A stretch of 64,000 nt of DNA from Lepidodermella squamata (lineage: Eukaryota; Animalia; Gastrotricha), in the NCBI GenBank assembly GCA_047495785.1, contig JBLDXI010000024.1:1984001-2048000 (forward strand), read 5' to 3'. Below are positions 49,035 to 60,430 of the stretch, in pieces; position 1 is the first letter of the stretch; the number at the start of each line of letters is the position of its first letter. A program made the translations under genes and the position numbers. The notes beneath the pieces were generated by a model, which saw nothing but the letters and a program-made list of their open reading frames with translations, was not told the origin of the DNA and searched no databases.

Positions 49035-49941
49035 TATAAATATTTACTACAATTTAGTGACATTGTAGGAGGTGTATAGCGTACTCTCATCCTTAGCCTG
49101 AGCTTAATCCACCTGAATTTGTATTTTGCTGCATCTATTTACTCAATAATTCCTTTCGATCGATGTAAGAGCTTCAAATAACCTGGGTTGTTTTCACGTG
49201 GGGAATTTCCTATTAAGCAAATGAGGTTGTGCTGTCAAGCGATCATGAATCCTCTTCACAATTTCATTTTCAATTTGTCTCCAAAAATAATTTACAACCG
49301 CAAAAATGAGGGCTGTAATAATTTTCACCGCAATAATATTCATTTTCCAAGCTGAATCGGAAATTTTAGTGGAAAAAACCCCAGTGAAAATTCCGATCAA
49401 AACCGATGCCGGCAATCGCCTGGTTCTGTTGTATCGATTTGGCCACGATTCTAAGCATGTAAATCCATCCAAAGAGTAAGAGTTCAAATTAATGAATTTT
49501 TTTTATTTTGCGTCCATTTTTTTAGGGCGAAAATTGTTGCACATTGGGTGCACAAATCGAAAAAGCGACTTTAATTTAATTTAAATCACAGTTAATTTAT
49601 CTTGACAGAATCAGTGACGTGTCCCATTTTTCGGCGAAAAATAAAAATGAATAATAAAATGTAGAATGGCTGAAATGACCTCGCAGTTTCAGGCGGAAAT
49701 TACAGGCTATTTTTTCGAGATTTTCAAAGTACATTTTATTTGAAATGTTGAACCCACCCGCGATTAGTAAGGATAATCACGTTTTTAATTGACTTCCGAT
49801 AATACGGCAAGCTGCTCGTATTACCTCGATCCTACACAAACACGACAAAGCTTCCGGCGTTCACACATTTAATCCTGCGCGGACGTTTTGAAAATCTCGC
49901 ATTTGTTTTCGAATTTTCTTGTTTTTAAAAAATCTGCTACT

Positions 49942-50224
49942 ATGAAACTAGCTTTCACGATTTTTTCACTGGTGCTAGTCGCCATGTTTTTTAACGATAT
50001 TGTAACAGCCGCTAGTCTGTTTATGAAAAATCAGCAGAGCAATGTCAAGGTCATCAAATCTGGCAAAGGGTTCGGCGTAGCTAGGCCTGTTTTCGGCGCG
50101 AAGACGATAAATGCTTTCAATTTGTCAGTTATTTTTTGAAACAAAATTTCAAATATTTAAAAAAATTATTTACAGCAACAAAAATTTCCTGCCGATCTAT
50201 AATCAGAGGCTATCGAAATCCTGA
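49942..50224 (+). CDS. Small secreted basic peptide 1 (2 exons)
   Basis: Signal MKLAFTIFSLVLVAMFFNDIVTA; K/R-rich mature part; phase-2 intron TT|gtcagt...tacag|C. Confidence 0.55.
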
Positions 50225-50684
50225 TGAGTCGGCGCGCTTTTACGGCTACATCAAACACGACGTCTGGACACATGATTAAGCAGTGACATGTTATGTCAGA
50301 ATTTTTAATATTGAAAATTGAAGCCGTAAATATTGAATGAGCATCAACTCCTACATCGAGACGAGGTACCTATACCTTTTAATCAAATTAAATGTTGATC
50401 AGGATAATAAAACATGTGGGCTGGCTATTGGTAATAGCGTTTTTAGCGTGAAAATTTCATTACTACAAAATGCCGTCATCAAGGTGTGCGCGCTTATGAC
50501 ACATTATTCACTCGCTAATCACTCACAAAATCACATACCGTAAAAATTGTGATGACCGATCAAAATGGCACGCCCGCATATGCATAATAAATATTTTCAC
50601 ACCCAAGTCACACTTGATTTAATATTTTTTTCCCCTCTGAGAAAGCCGGTTCTTTTTCATACATTAGTTTTGCATAAACATAAA

Positions 50685-51015
50685 ATGATCGCGAGTCGAT
50701 TTTCGAACAACAACAACGCAGGTGTCTATGTGGCTGTTCTTTTCATCCTGGCGATTTATTTCACGGCTGAATTTGCCGAGGGGCATGTCATCCAGTACCC
50801 CGTTCGAGTTCCGAGCCATGTGACCTTATATAGGACGTCTGCTCGTGGGAAAGTTGTCCCGAAAACGTCGCTGAGCGACCTTCTCACGCCCGGAGTTCGA
50901 ACGCCGATCATCATCAGAGAGTAATTTATCAAAAATAATTTATTTAATTATTTTAATTATATTTTTATGATTTAGCTTTTCCAAAGGAACGAACGTTAAG
51001 CAGTACCGATTTTAG
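50685..51015 (+). CDS. Small secreted basic peptide 2 (2 exons)
   Basis: Hydrophobic signal ending AEG; phase-2 intron GA|gtaatt...tttag|C; ends FSKGTNVKQYRF*. Confidence 0.55.
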
Positions 51016-51989
51016 CGCAATCGACACTTATACGGCCTTGCGATTTTTCGGCTCAACATTGAAAAATTTAGCTGATTTTTTGTTAGGATAAAATCTGAAA
51101 AATATTACTGAAGCTAGGTCTTCATTTAAAAAATGGAATTTAGGTGTAGTTATTAATTTAGTTGTGAATTCATATTGCTGAATTTCGAATAAAAATGCTT
51201 ATTAAAATGCTACCTGTGTCCTAATTATTTTCGTCGCGTGCTCGTCGCCTGATGTCAAGATGTTTCTTTTGAACCAACGCCACGAGCCAAGAATTATTCT
51301 TGTTTTTCCTTTAACGTCATCCTATAATCACAGTAGTATCGGCGATACGTGGTCAATATTTGACATTCGCCCGGGTAATTTTTATTTTGCACCTCCAATC
51401 GATGCCTATGTCACGCCGAAATCGCGTGGAAATTTCTATTATTTTTGCAACATTTCTAGGAAATAAAATTGTTTGCAATAAAATTAGGGTGGATTAAATA
51501 AAAATTGTTTGCGTGGCAAGTAAAAATGGCCGCTATTTAATTAAGCCACTGGCTACTCAATTTTGCGCGCATACTAAATTAGCGAGTCATTGAATTAGAG
51601 AGTGACCAGTCGATTTTTTTTAGCTGTATGAATCAGCAAATATTTTGCAATCATCATCGTGTGGTCATAATTTTGCGAGTTGCTAAATATTATGCAAATC
51701 GCTTTAAAAGACGACACATCGAATTATATTTGTGGCGAAGCCGCCCGCGCGCGTACCCGACCCCGCGAGAAATGGGCTTTCCTCTCAGATATACAACGGC
51801 CAATTTCCTGTGATGTATGCTCAATTCTTGCTTTAATAGACATCCTCGTCGCAATAATAATGTCTCGACTCCTATTTATATCACCAGCTTTTATACGACC
51901 TCGTCGACCTAAAAATGATATATTTTTTCTAGACACTTAATCCCGTCAAAAAATCCTAAATTTTCAATTTTAGACACTTGAATTTTAAC

Positions 51990-52335
51990 ATGAAGATTTT
52001 AAGCGGTTTATCCTCTTGGCAAATCGCGTGTTTGGTCGTGTTTTCAACGCTGACCATAAGCATGTCTGGCTTGATCGGCAACAACGTGATTCTTGTCTAC
52101 GCTGCTAGCCCAGGCGAGTTGAAAAATCACCGTAGTGTCAACGTGATTGTTGGCCGCCATGTCCCAAATACGGCTCGAGAGGCTCGTTACGCGGCTCAGA
52201 TCCTTTTCCGCACAGGCGGGGGCAGCGGTGCTGGCTATCACGACAAGTAATCCTTTTTTAAATAAAATAATTTTTTACGAATTTTTCAGTTTTTTTTCCA
52301 GCAATCGCAAGCCATCTTGGTGGAGCAAATATTAA
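51990..52335 (+). CDS. Small secreted basic peptide 3 (2 exons; acceptor ambiguous)
   Basis: Hydrophobic N-terminus; phase-2 intron AA|gtaatc...ccag|C gives NRKPSWWSKY*. An alternative acceptor gives a longer tail. Confidence 0.5.
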
Positions 52336-53109
52336 CCGCATAGTTCAGTATTTCTTGTTTGTTGGAGGCGCAGTCTGTATGCCTTTTTAGTTTATATTCG
52401 ATAGTTTAATTTTATCTTGGTTAATTATATGCCTCTTATCATCAAAATATCTGTGGACATTTTATTATTCATTCAAGCTTTCGAAGAAGTAAATTGAAAT
52501 GAGCCGAACACTTGATAATTTTTTTGCGAAAATCATCCAACTGGAATAAAAAAAACGAAAGCATTTTTCGAATGTTATACGTTTGGAAGGCCTGGATTGT
52601 GTGGGAGACTCGAAAACATCTAAGTAAAGAAGCGCCCACGTACCACGTGAAGCGCGACGAGAGCCGCGCGTAATCCAGCCTGATGTGTAATCCCTTACTC
52701 TCTTGTGAATTGAAAACAGTCTTCACGCCGATTGCGGTCAGGTGATGGCGTCCATCTTGAGTGGATCTCCAGGTGCGTAATTATCACCTAATCCCATGTG
52801 CGCTAGCGCAGCAGACAGCGTTTTTGTCATGCGATCTACAGCTGCTTGGAGGAATAGACACTCATGTACTTTTCATCCAAGACTGTCCACCCTCTTTCAC
52901 CGCCCACGGTGCATTTTTTTGCGCCATGCGAATTTGATTATTTGATCATTTACGTAGGTGACAGGTCAATATAGGGCTATGCGTTTGACCATTTTTTCGC
53001 TATCAGAACTGTTGACAATGCAATTAAAATTGCTATTAAACTATAAACTTTAGTCGTAGGATTTGATGGAAAAGCGATATCATAATTATGACTCAAAAAT
53101 GAAAAACCA

Positions 53110-53165
53110 GTCGCCTAATCCGACATGTTTCAGCTTTTATTCAGCCATCTTCAGGGTCTGACAAC
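53110..53165 (-). ncRNA. Mirror copy of the hammerhead ribozyme
   Basis: Reverse complement of 53839-53894 in the left arm. Confidence 0.72.
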
Positions 53166-53838
53166 AAGTAAGGAAATCAACAATCAAGTTTCGAGACTAA
53201 TATTAAAACAAGTTTACCAATTTTGTCACCAATCGTTTTTTTCCCGTGTAATTATCAAAAATTAATCAAAAGAATCAAAAACAGAAATCATGATCTATTA
53301 AAATAAATTGTATGAGTAATTATTTGTTACAGTAGTTATTAAGGCTAGGGTTAAGAGCTTGGATAAATAGTTTTTCAGTACGAAGTAAACGATAAGGTAA
53401 TTTACAATGATGTAGGATCTGAGTAGAGAACGGCGGATCAGATTTAGTACAGGTTTTGAAGTGTTCCCCAACCTGTCGCATACCGTACTACACAACACTG
53501 TTACGCTTCTAATAAAACTAAAGATGGCACCATTGGGGAACACTTCAAAACCTGTACTAAATCTGATCCGCCGTTCTCTACTCAGATCCTACATCATTGT
53601 AAATTACCTTATCGTTTACTTCGTACTGAAAAACTATTTATCCAAGCTCTTAACCCTAGCCTTAATAACTACTGTAACAAATAATTACTCATACAATTTA
53701 TTTTAATAGATCATGATTTCTGTTTTTGATTCTTTTGATTAATTTTTGATAATTACACGGGAAAAAAACGATTGGTGACAAAATTGGTAAACTTGTTTTA
53801 ATATTAGTCTCGAAACTTGATTGTTGATTTCCTTACTT

Positions 53839-53894
53839 GTTGTCAGACCCTGAAGATGGCTGAATAAAAGCTGAAACATGTCGGATTAGGCGAC
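53839..53894 (+). ncRNA. Minimal type I hammerhead ribozyme (PLE pLTR)
   Basis: CUGAAGA (53850-56), stem II ggct/agct, GAAA (53873-76), palindromic ACAUGU stem III, GUC cleavage at 53882; the flanks can form a bulged stem I. Confidence 0.75.
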
Positions 53895-55131
53895 TGGTTT
53901 TTCATTTTTGAGTAACAAAACTATAAACTGTTAACTATTAAACTATAAACTATATAAACTATAAACCTGAAAAACGGACGAAACCTAATGGACTGGCATA
54001 AGTCTCCGTCCTATTGCCTTTTATTTTTGTACTCCTAAAGCACTGAAAGTAACAGAAAAAAGTCCTCATATCATAGGATTCTGCTTACAATATTTTGAGC
54101 GTTTGCAAAATGCACAGAAATAAGAATAAGAAATAAAAAAGGCTCACCACCAAGCGTCACAGGAACACACCACTTGCAGCAGCGATTACGCAATGCAAAT
54201 AATTAGTGCGCCGCATGAAGGGACAAGTGGGCGCACGCGCGCGCGATGTGCGACCTGAATAAATGAATGCGACACGAAACTCAACCAAAGTGCTACAGAT
54301 TTTTGAAAAGGTGAAACACTAATCCCACGATTTGAAACACGCAATTATAACTGGGGTCCATGTAAGTACCCAGTTTCTTGTGGGACGTAGCCCAAAGATA
54401 GTTAGCAACCTCTCCACGTTATCCATTTTCACGTGAAACGTTTGAATTTTAAAATAATAATAAAAACTGCCTTTAATCAAATTCAGCCGAAAATTGCACT
54501 GAAAATTCGGCTGCGAATGCGGCCTGGCCTGGTACGGGATCTAAAAATTCTCTTCAAGGGCCTCCTAGTTAGACAATGGAATAGGCTGTATGAAGTCTGT
54601 ATGAAATAATATTGACTTCTACTCGTTGCATTTTGAGATTTCTGGGAATAAATCGCTGCGTTGCGCTCTTGTTAATTCGTGTTGCACTTTGGTTGAAATA
54701 TGATGCGCGTGCGACGCTTATTTATTTTCTGCTGCACTTCGGTATTTTGTGTGGCGCTGTGGTTTTCAGCGATAAACATTTTTTTAAGGTGGATCGTAAA
54801 TTTTCGCGAATTTCGTAATTATTGCCTCCTCCTGCATAAAGTATCAAGTATTTGATTTGTTTGTTTTGTGTTACAGCAAAAATTCAAGATCTGCATTTCT
54901 CCCCCACCTATGATCTATGATAAATTTAGATGCGTTTTACGGATATTGAGATAATTCAATCTATGATACTATTTTTGCAATTGATTAAATCCGTTTCCAA
55001 CGCAATAAAAATGTTGAGCAAATAAGTTTTATTGCAAACAAGACAGTATAGCTAAAACTCGCATGATGTGCCAACATTTCGTCGTTTTGTCAATCTCTAT
55101 GCAGATTTGCGATTCTTGAAGGAATCAAAAT

Positions 55132-55755
55132 ATGGATTGGCTGCTAGTGTTGGCAGTAATCACATGCACGTTGAACAGCGCCACGGGTTGGCCTGAGGGT
55201 GTTACCTCTCTGGACGAAGCTTTGGATGTCATGTACGTAGATGGTAATCATTTTGTTTGGTTTTTAAATGGCACGACCAACATGTTCGTTCCATCGAAAA
55301 ATTCTTTCCTCGAGTCGTCAATCACGCAGAATTCGATGAGTGCATCAACAGGTCCGTTTTCGAAAAACCCGCCAGGCACAACAACAGTGAACAGTGGTTC
55401 AGCATTGGGCAGATACAGCCTTGGGGTTTCGATTCAAAAATTCACCTTGACATTTTACGCGAAGCTCACGTGCTCTCAAGACACGGGTATCTTCACCCTA
55501 GAGAACATGCTATCACTGAGGTGTGTAAACTTAGATGGCGTAAGGATTTCCGACACGGTAGAAACTTGTGTAAAAGATAAGTCATGCACTTTCGGAAGAA
55601 GTTTCGATAATGATAAGAAATACTTTTATACTTTCCCTTATCTGAACATTAAAAATGGCGTGGTGAAAATAAACAGTAGCATCTCGAGCTCAGTATTCAT
55701 CTTCGGTCGTTGTGCCCAAGTCATCATTACATTTTCGTCCACTAAGTGGAATTAA
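55132..55755 (+). CDS. Secreted protein of unknown function (possibly ConA/LamG-like beta domain)
   Basis: Signal MDWLLVLAVITCTLNSATG; 207-aa ORF; FTLTFYAK weakly resembles a LamG/pentraxin strand. Confidence 0.55.
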   Translation: MDWLLVLAVITCTLNSATGWPEGVTSLDEALDVMYVDGNHFVWFLNGTTNMFVPSKNSFLESSITQNSMSASTGPFSKNPPGTTTVNSGSALGRYSLGVSIQKFTLTFYAKLTCSQDTGIFTLENMLSLRCVNLDGVRISDTVETCVKDKSCTFGRSFDNDKKYFYTFPYLNIKNGVVKINSSISSSVFIFGRCAQVIITFSSTKWN

Positions 55756-55781
55756 GAGTATTTCTTGTTTTTTTTCGCAAT

Positions 55782-56514
55782 ATGCCAGTTCCAGTGGAAG
55801 AGTGTCCGCGCGGTATTTGCAGAGGACAATGTCTCCTGCAGGTCGTCAAAAAAGCTCATGGATTGGCAAAGAGTCTAATTATGGCAGAAAAACAGTTTGC
55901 TATAGATCTGAACGGACTTCTGGCGAACGTCGAAAAAACTCACAAAAATGTGGGAGTAGCGCAAGCGGTTGGAGGGATAACTGCTGCTGCAGGTGTAGGA
56001 GCGGTAGTTTTTACTGGTCCAGTTGGCGCTGCCATTGCTGGTATTGGTCTAGCAATAGCTGGCGGTGGTGTTTCCGTGGGAGCTATAATTACAGAACATT
56101 TCATACAAAAAGATTTGATGAAGAAATGCAATCAGTACCTGGAGAAATATAAGGCTGATAGGGAGACCTTGAAGGAACTAATTGAAGAGATTTTGAAGTC
56201 ATTCGTCCCACCAACCGTGAACGCCGAGGAAGCTCAAAATATTGCGCGAAATATTGCACTTGGGTTGGTGGGAGGTGCAAGAATCGCACAATTTGCCCGA
56301 TTCGGAACTGATGCTGCTGCAATCGGACTGCGGGCTGTTGGTGCGGTTGTAGGCCCTCTTGGTATAGCTCTTGACATGATTATGGTTGTCCGTAAGCTGC
56401 TCAAGAGTGCACCTAACGCTGATGTCATTAGAGATGCAATCACGCAACAAGAGAAAGTTGTGGAAACATATGAGGAGCTCTTGAAGACACTTGTGGACTA
56501 TGAAACAATATCAG
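55782..56514 (+). CDS. Apolipoprotein L-like domain (predicted exon 1 of an ApoL-IRG fusion; unspliced ORF ends at 56573)
   Basis: KTHKNVGVAQAVGG-[Gly/Ala hydrophobic hairpin with FTG]-VSVGAIITE and C-terminal GIALDMIMVV...ADVIR..ITQQE resemble ApoL motifs; ATG at 55782. Confidence 0.65.
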
Positions 56515-56827
56515 GTAGAAAATATTATTTCGATTTTAGCATAGAAGTTGTACGTCGTACGTCGTTGAGTTAAGCAGACCATTTCTTGGCGGACCAATTG
56601 CCCGTTATTCCTTAACCGATGACGTTATCGAAGTGCGCCACACTGTTGCCACGTGTAACAAGGTGTGGCGCATCGTTTGAGATCAATCTTGACCGCATAT
56701 TCAATCGCGCTCTAGGCGCCCGTTATGCGCGCGCACTTGCATGCCCGTATTGATACTCATTAGCGTATGCACACAGCTTTTTGAATGCGCAAAATAGGAA
56801 GGTAGAAGGAAAACGCGCTCATTTTAC

Positions 56828-56983
56828 CAGGGCTGCAAAACCTGCGAAATTTCCCGCGCACTTTCTCAAAATTTCCCACTAATTTTGACCCATTTCAGCA
56901 AATTTTCCTGCAGTTTACTGTAATTTTTCAAAAATTATCCGCCGCGCACCAGTTGCGCCATTTTCGCATGTTTTGCAGCCCTG
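56828..56983. mobile_element. hAT-type MITE
   Basis: TIR CAGGGCTGCAAAAC / GTTTTGCAGCCCTG; 8-bp TSD cattttac / tattttac (7/8 match). Confidence 0.8.
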
Positions 56984-57297
56984 TATTTTACTTGCAACGA
57001 ACGAGTTTCGCAAGAACACTTATCAATTCGCAATACCCTTCTCCCTTTTCTCCTCCTTTACTTACTTGTCGCTTACTTCTTCTTCTCGCCCCGATCCTTC
57101 CTGTAACATTATATGTACCAGGATACAGAACTATTTGCAGCTGCTGATGAACTTGGGGAATCTTAGTAGTTCATCAGATGGCAGTTATCAGGGGGAATCG
57201 GCTAGTCATATGGCACACCTCCAATCTAGCTCGGAACACTGGTCCGCGGAACTCAACGACGTGGAAGTTGTTCTGATTATTTTATTTGGAAACACAG

Positions 57298-57950
57298 AAA
57301 ACATCCACAAATTCGGATATAACCCAGCCTGCTATAACATTGCGTTTGTCGGCAAACAGGATGCAGGAAAGTCAAGTCTTGTCAATTCATTGCGCCATCT
57401 CAGCAAAAAAGATTTGAATGCTGCGCCCGTAGGTGTAGGAGAAATGCACGTGGATGCGAAAGGCTTTCCGTACGTGGACTTCAATGCAACTAATTCTGTG
57501 CAAGTCAAAATTAGGGGGAGAGACGCCGTGTTATGGGATTTTCCTGGGGGAGGTACTGATAGGCACGACTGGGCTACATACTGGAAAGATTGTTTTCTAA
57601 CTGAGTTCGACTTAATTGTTCTAATTTTTACTGGAGCCGTGCCTGATCAAAATTACTTGGACCTCGCTAAACTTCTCATCTTGACGTATAATAAACCAAT
57701 CCTCTTCGTCAGAAGCAAAATTGACCGAGACATCCAAGACATTATGGAAGATGACAACATCGAGTTCGGGGACGCGCTTAAAGCTGAACTGAACCAAATA
57801 AGAGAAGACACACGGCGTAGCTTAGCGAATGCTGGAATAACCAACCCCCAGTTATTCTTAATCAGTGCCAGAACAATTTTAAATGCAGCTGGTCGGTATC
57901 CAATGGATGAAGAAAGCTTCATCCGAATCCTGAAAGCTGGTGGTAATTAA
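57298..57950 (+). CDS. Immunity-related GTPase (IRG / IIGP1-like, GKS type) G domain; predicted exon 2 of the ApoL-IRG fusion
   Basis: NIAFVGKQDAGKSSLVNSLR (G1), AAPVGVGE (switch I), LWDFPG (G3), FVRSKID (G4), FLISA (G5). The upstream 108 aa of the ORF start inside a MITE and look non-coding; acceptor cacag| at 57297. Confidence 0.82.
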
Positions 57951-58046
57951 ACTGCGACGTGCGAAAGGCTGTACTTATTCAGCTAAATAGTTACCAACAT
58001 TTTTTGATTATTGTTTGATTGCATTTGCTTCAAAGCCGATTAGATA

Positions 58047-58243
58047 TTAATAATGGTCATGGCTATGTGAACACAGGATTGTGTATCGGCCAATGGCTAT
58101 GCGTACACATTGTGTGTGCGTGATTGGCTACTTGAACACAGCGCGCGCTTAAATTTGGCTGTGTGTCACGCAATGTGTGTAGGTACGCATAGCCAATGCG
58201 CGATACACTTTTCCTGTGTTGACATAGCCACATCCATTAATAA
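58047..58243. mobile_element. Short imperfect palindromic MITE
   Basis: tggctatgtgaacacagga ... tcctgtgttgacatagcca, with inner tggctatgcgtac / gtacgcatagcca. Boundaries approximate. Confidence 0.65.
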
Positions 58244-58357
58244 TTGCTCCTCCCCGTGTGGGAATCTTTATCTATTGAGATAGATGTATTGCTTGATTTC
58301 ATTTAATGGCATTTGATGACAATAAAATGTTGTAAATATCTGAATTTTATGATTTAG

Positions 58358-58549
58358 TGTAAGTTCGTACCGGAAAATTCATATCGCGGTCATTTCGTAT
58401 TTCGTACCAATACAAATTCATATCGTTATTCTAATCCTCGCATTGCTTTGGGTATGAAAAAATCACTAAAAATTTTAGGAAAAGATCACCACTTTTGGTA
58501 CGAAATGACAGCGGTACGAAATTGCGGGTACGAAGTTACACGTTACCAA
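58358..58549. mobile_element. MITE-like element with inverted ttcgtacc / ggtacgaa subterminal repeats
   Basis: Several ttcgtacc motifs on the left and ggtacgaa motifs on the right. Boundaries approximate. Confidence 0.5.
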
Positions 58550-59218
58550 TTTGATTATCTATTTAAATAATATTAAATGAAAAATATAACAATCGATTTA
58601 GCTAGTTATAACATTGTGGAACCACTGGTAAGTTGAACCTTGGCGCGCACGCTGATTGGTCAATTTATCGTAGCTAATGACTCCGGAATGAAACATTTCC
58701 GTCGTGCGATCCACTAATAAATTATTTTATATTTATGAAAAAATGACCTTGCCACACCCTCTGCCCGGTTTCCATTGACCACGAGCGTAAACTCCATATT
58801 AATTGTGGTAAATTGCTGCGGCAAAAACACTTGTTGCAAAAACTTTTATGGATCGCACGACAGAACGTTTCATCCGGGAGTCATAGCAACGATCGATTGA
58901 CCAATCAGCGTGCGCATTGGATTGGACTTGTAAGTGGTCACACAATGAACCTGACAGGCATAGAGAATATTTATTTATTTGTTGTCGCAAGTGCACTTTC
59001 ATGCGTATGCAATTAGCCAGCCAGGCGCCTCACTGAGGATAAAAGTATTTCTCTAGGTTACAGTCAACATTAAGATATTGTTTAAAAACATTTAAAGAGG
59101 CAGAAACGACGTCAGCAGGTAGTTTGTTCCAATAATTAATTGTTCTTCTGTTAAAAAAATATTTTTTGCAATCGCGTTTACACTTAGGAGGTCTTAGCCG
59201 GTGTTTGCTAGCGTAATT

Positions 59219-60430
59219 TTATTTAGAAAATTCATAGAAGTCGTCAAAAGTGACATCATAGAAGTGGTGATATAGCTTATAAATTAATTTCAAATCATTT
59301 TTAAAGCGACGCTTTTCCAAGGAGTCCATTCCACTACGTTTCAATAAACATTCATACGTAATATGGGAGTAGCGAGGTATATTAAAGGCTCTTTTGAGAA
59401 AATTAAATTGTAATTTTTCTAGTGATTCTATGACAGTTAGCAAGTATGGCGAATATACGGATGAACAGTAATCGATTATAGGAAGGACATACACACGGTA
59501 GGCTTCAAGTCTGAAGGAAGTACCGTATTTCTCGAAAATATACGACACACCTGTATATATCCCCGCTCCCTAATACAACCCGACGAAAAGATCGTTTGTT
59601 CATATTTAACCCAGGCCTCGAAATTGTACCACAGCTATTTTAATTTGGGCGAAGCATGCGTTGGAACAAAAGAAAAGCCTTATTAATGACGCATTATCGT
59701 AATCAGTGATTAGCTATCGCGTAAGCAGCTTCGCAACGTCTGATCTTGGCACCATTCATAAGCCAGCAGAAAATGCCCATTCAGCATTCACTAGCTGAGA
59801 CACAGAGTTTTATTTTAACATTTTCATATCCTTCTTAATCGTTTTAACCTTCTGGAATCGATGATGGCTGGCTCTCCTGATCGTCTTCAAGATTCCGTCC
59901 AGGTGTCCGAAGAAGACAAGCGAAAGCGGCACCGCAAGTATTCCCTCGCATTTTCACTGAATCGACAAATAAAACAATCTAAAAACGTCGTCTTAATACG
60001 AATTGCTCGCGGCTTTTTGTGATGATTCGCAATTAAACAGCACACCCGTATATATCCCCACTCCCTAATACAACCCGAATCAAAAATCATTTGTTCATAA
60101 ATATAGCCCGCGGTAAATTTTCGAGAAATACGGTATTAGCAAAGGCTCTACAAATCAATCCACTTAGTCTAAGACATTTTGTTTTAAGGTTATCGCAGTG
60201 AATTCTGAAGTCAAATTTTTTGTCCACAATTATACCTAAATCACGAGTAAAGTCAACAACGTCAATCGCTTGCGTACCGATACGACAGTTAAAATCGAAT
60301 TTACAGTTTAAACGTAAAACACAGCATTTAGACGAGTTAATAGAGAGACCATGTTGTTCAAACCACCTACAAATGTTATTTTTAGACGAGTTAATAGAGA
60401 GACCATGTTGTTCAAACCACCTACAAATAG
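59219..60430 (-). mobile_element. Non-LTR retrotransposon (CR1/L2-like) 3' RT fragment, interrupted
   Basis: WFEQHGLSINSSKC, RDLGIIVDKKFDF.IH, YVLPIIDYCSSVYSPY, LEKLQ..FLKR, SLEKRR..DL..YK; includes a 54-nt tandem duplication at 60327-60428. Confidence 0.82.
59523..60133. mobile_element. Non-autonomous Tc1/mariner-superfamily (Tc2-like CCGTA termini) element inserted in the LINE
   Basis: TA|CCGTATTTCTCGAAAAT ... ATTTTCGAGAAATACGG|TA. Removing it restores the LINE frame (CRAFANTSFRLEAY). Confidence 0.85.

Larger units (their letters stand above)
53091..53913. mobile_element. 5'-truncated Penelope-like retroelement with inverted pseudo-LTR (381-bp arms, 61-bp spacer)
   Basis: Arms 53091-53471 and 53533-53913 are reverse complements. 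The + frame 53472-53684 (not in the ORF track) reads ...RTTQH...IGEHF...FSTQIL...LLRTEKLFIQALNPSLN*, a GIY-YIG endonuclease C-terminus. Each arm carries a hammerhead core. Confidence 0.85.

Noticed and set aside
49194-49487. 97-aa ORF with a hydrophobic segment
   Set aside because: Non-ATG start and no recognisable motif or supported splice partner.
50221-50270. CTGATGAG resembling a hammerhead core
   Set aside because: No downstream GAAA with a stem II, and it overlaps a predicted stop codon.
53298-53706. Twin 81-aa ORFs on opposite strands with identical C-termini
   Set aside because: Artefact of the palindrome; the meaningful frame is the GIY-YIG remnant at 53472-53684.
56973-57297. N-terminal 108 aa of the 325-aa IRG ORF
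   Set aside because: Starts at a TTG inside a hAT MITE, looks compositionally non-coding and ends at a good splice acceptor; treated as intron.
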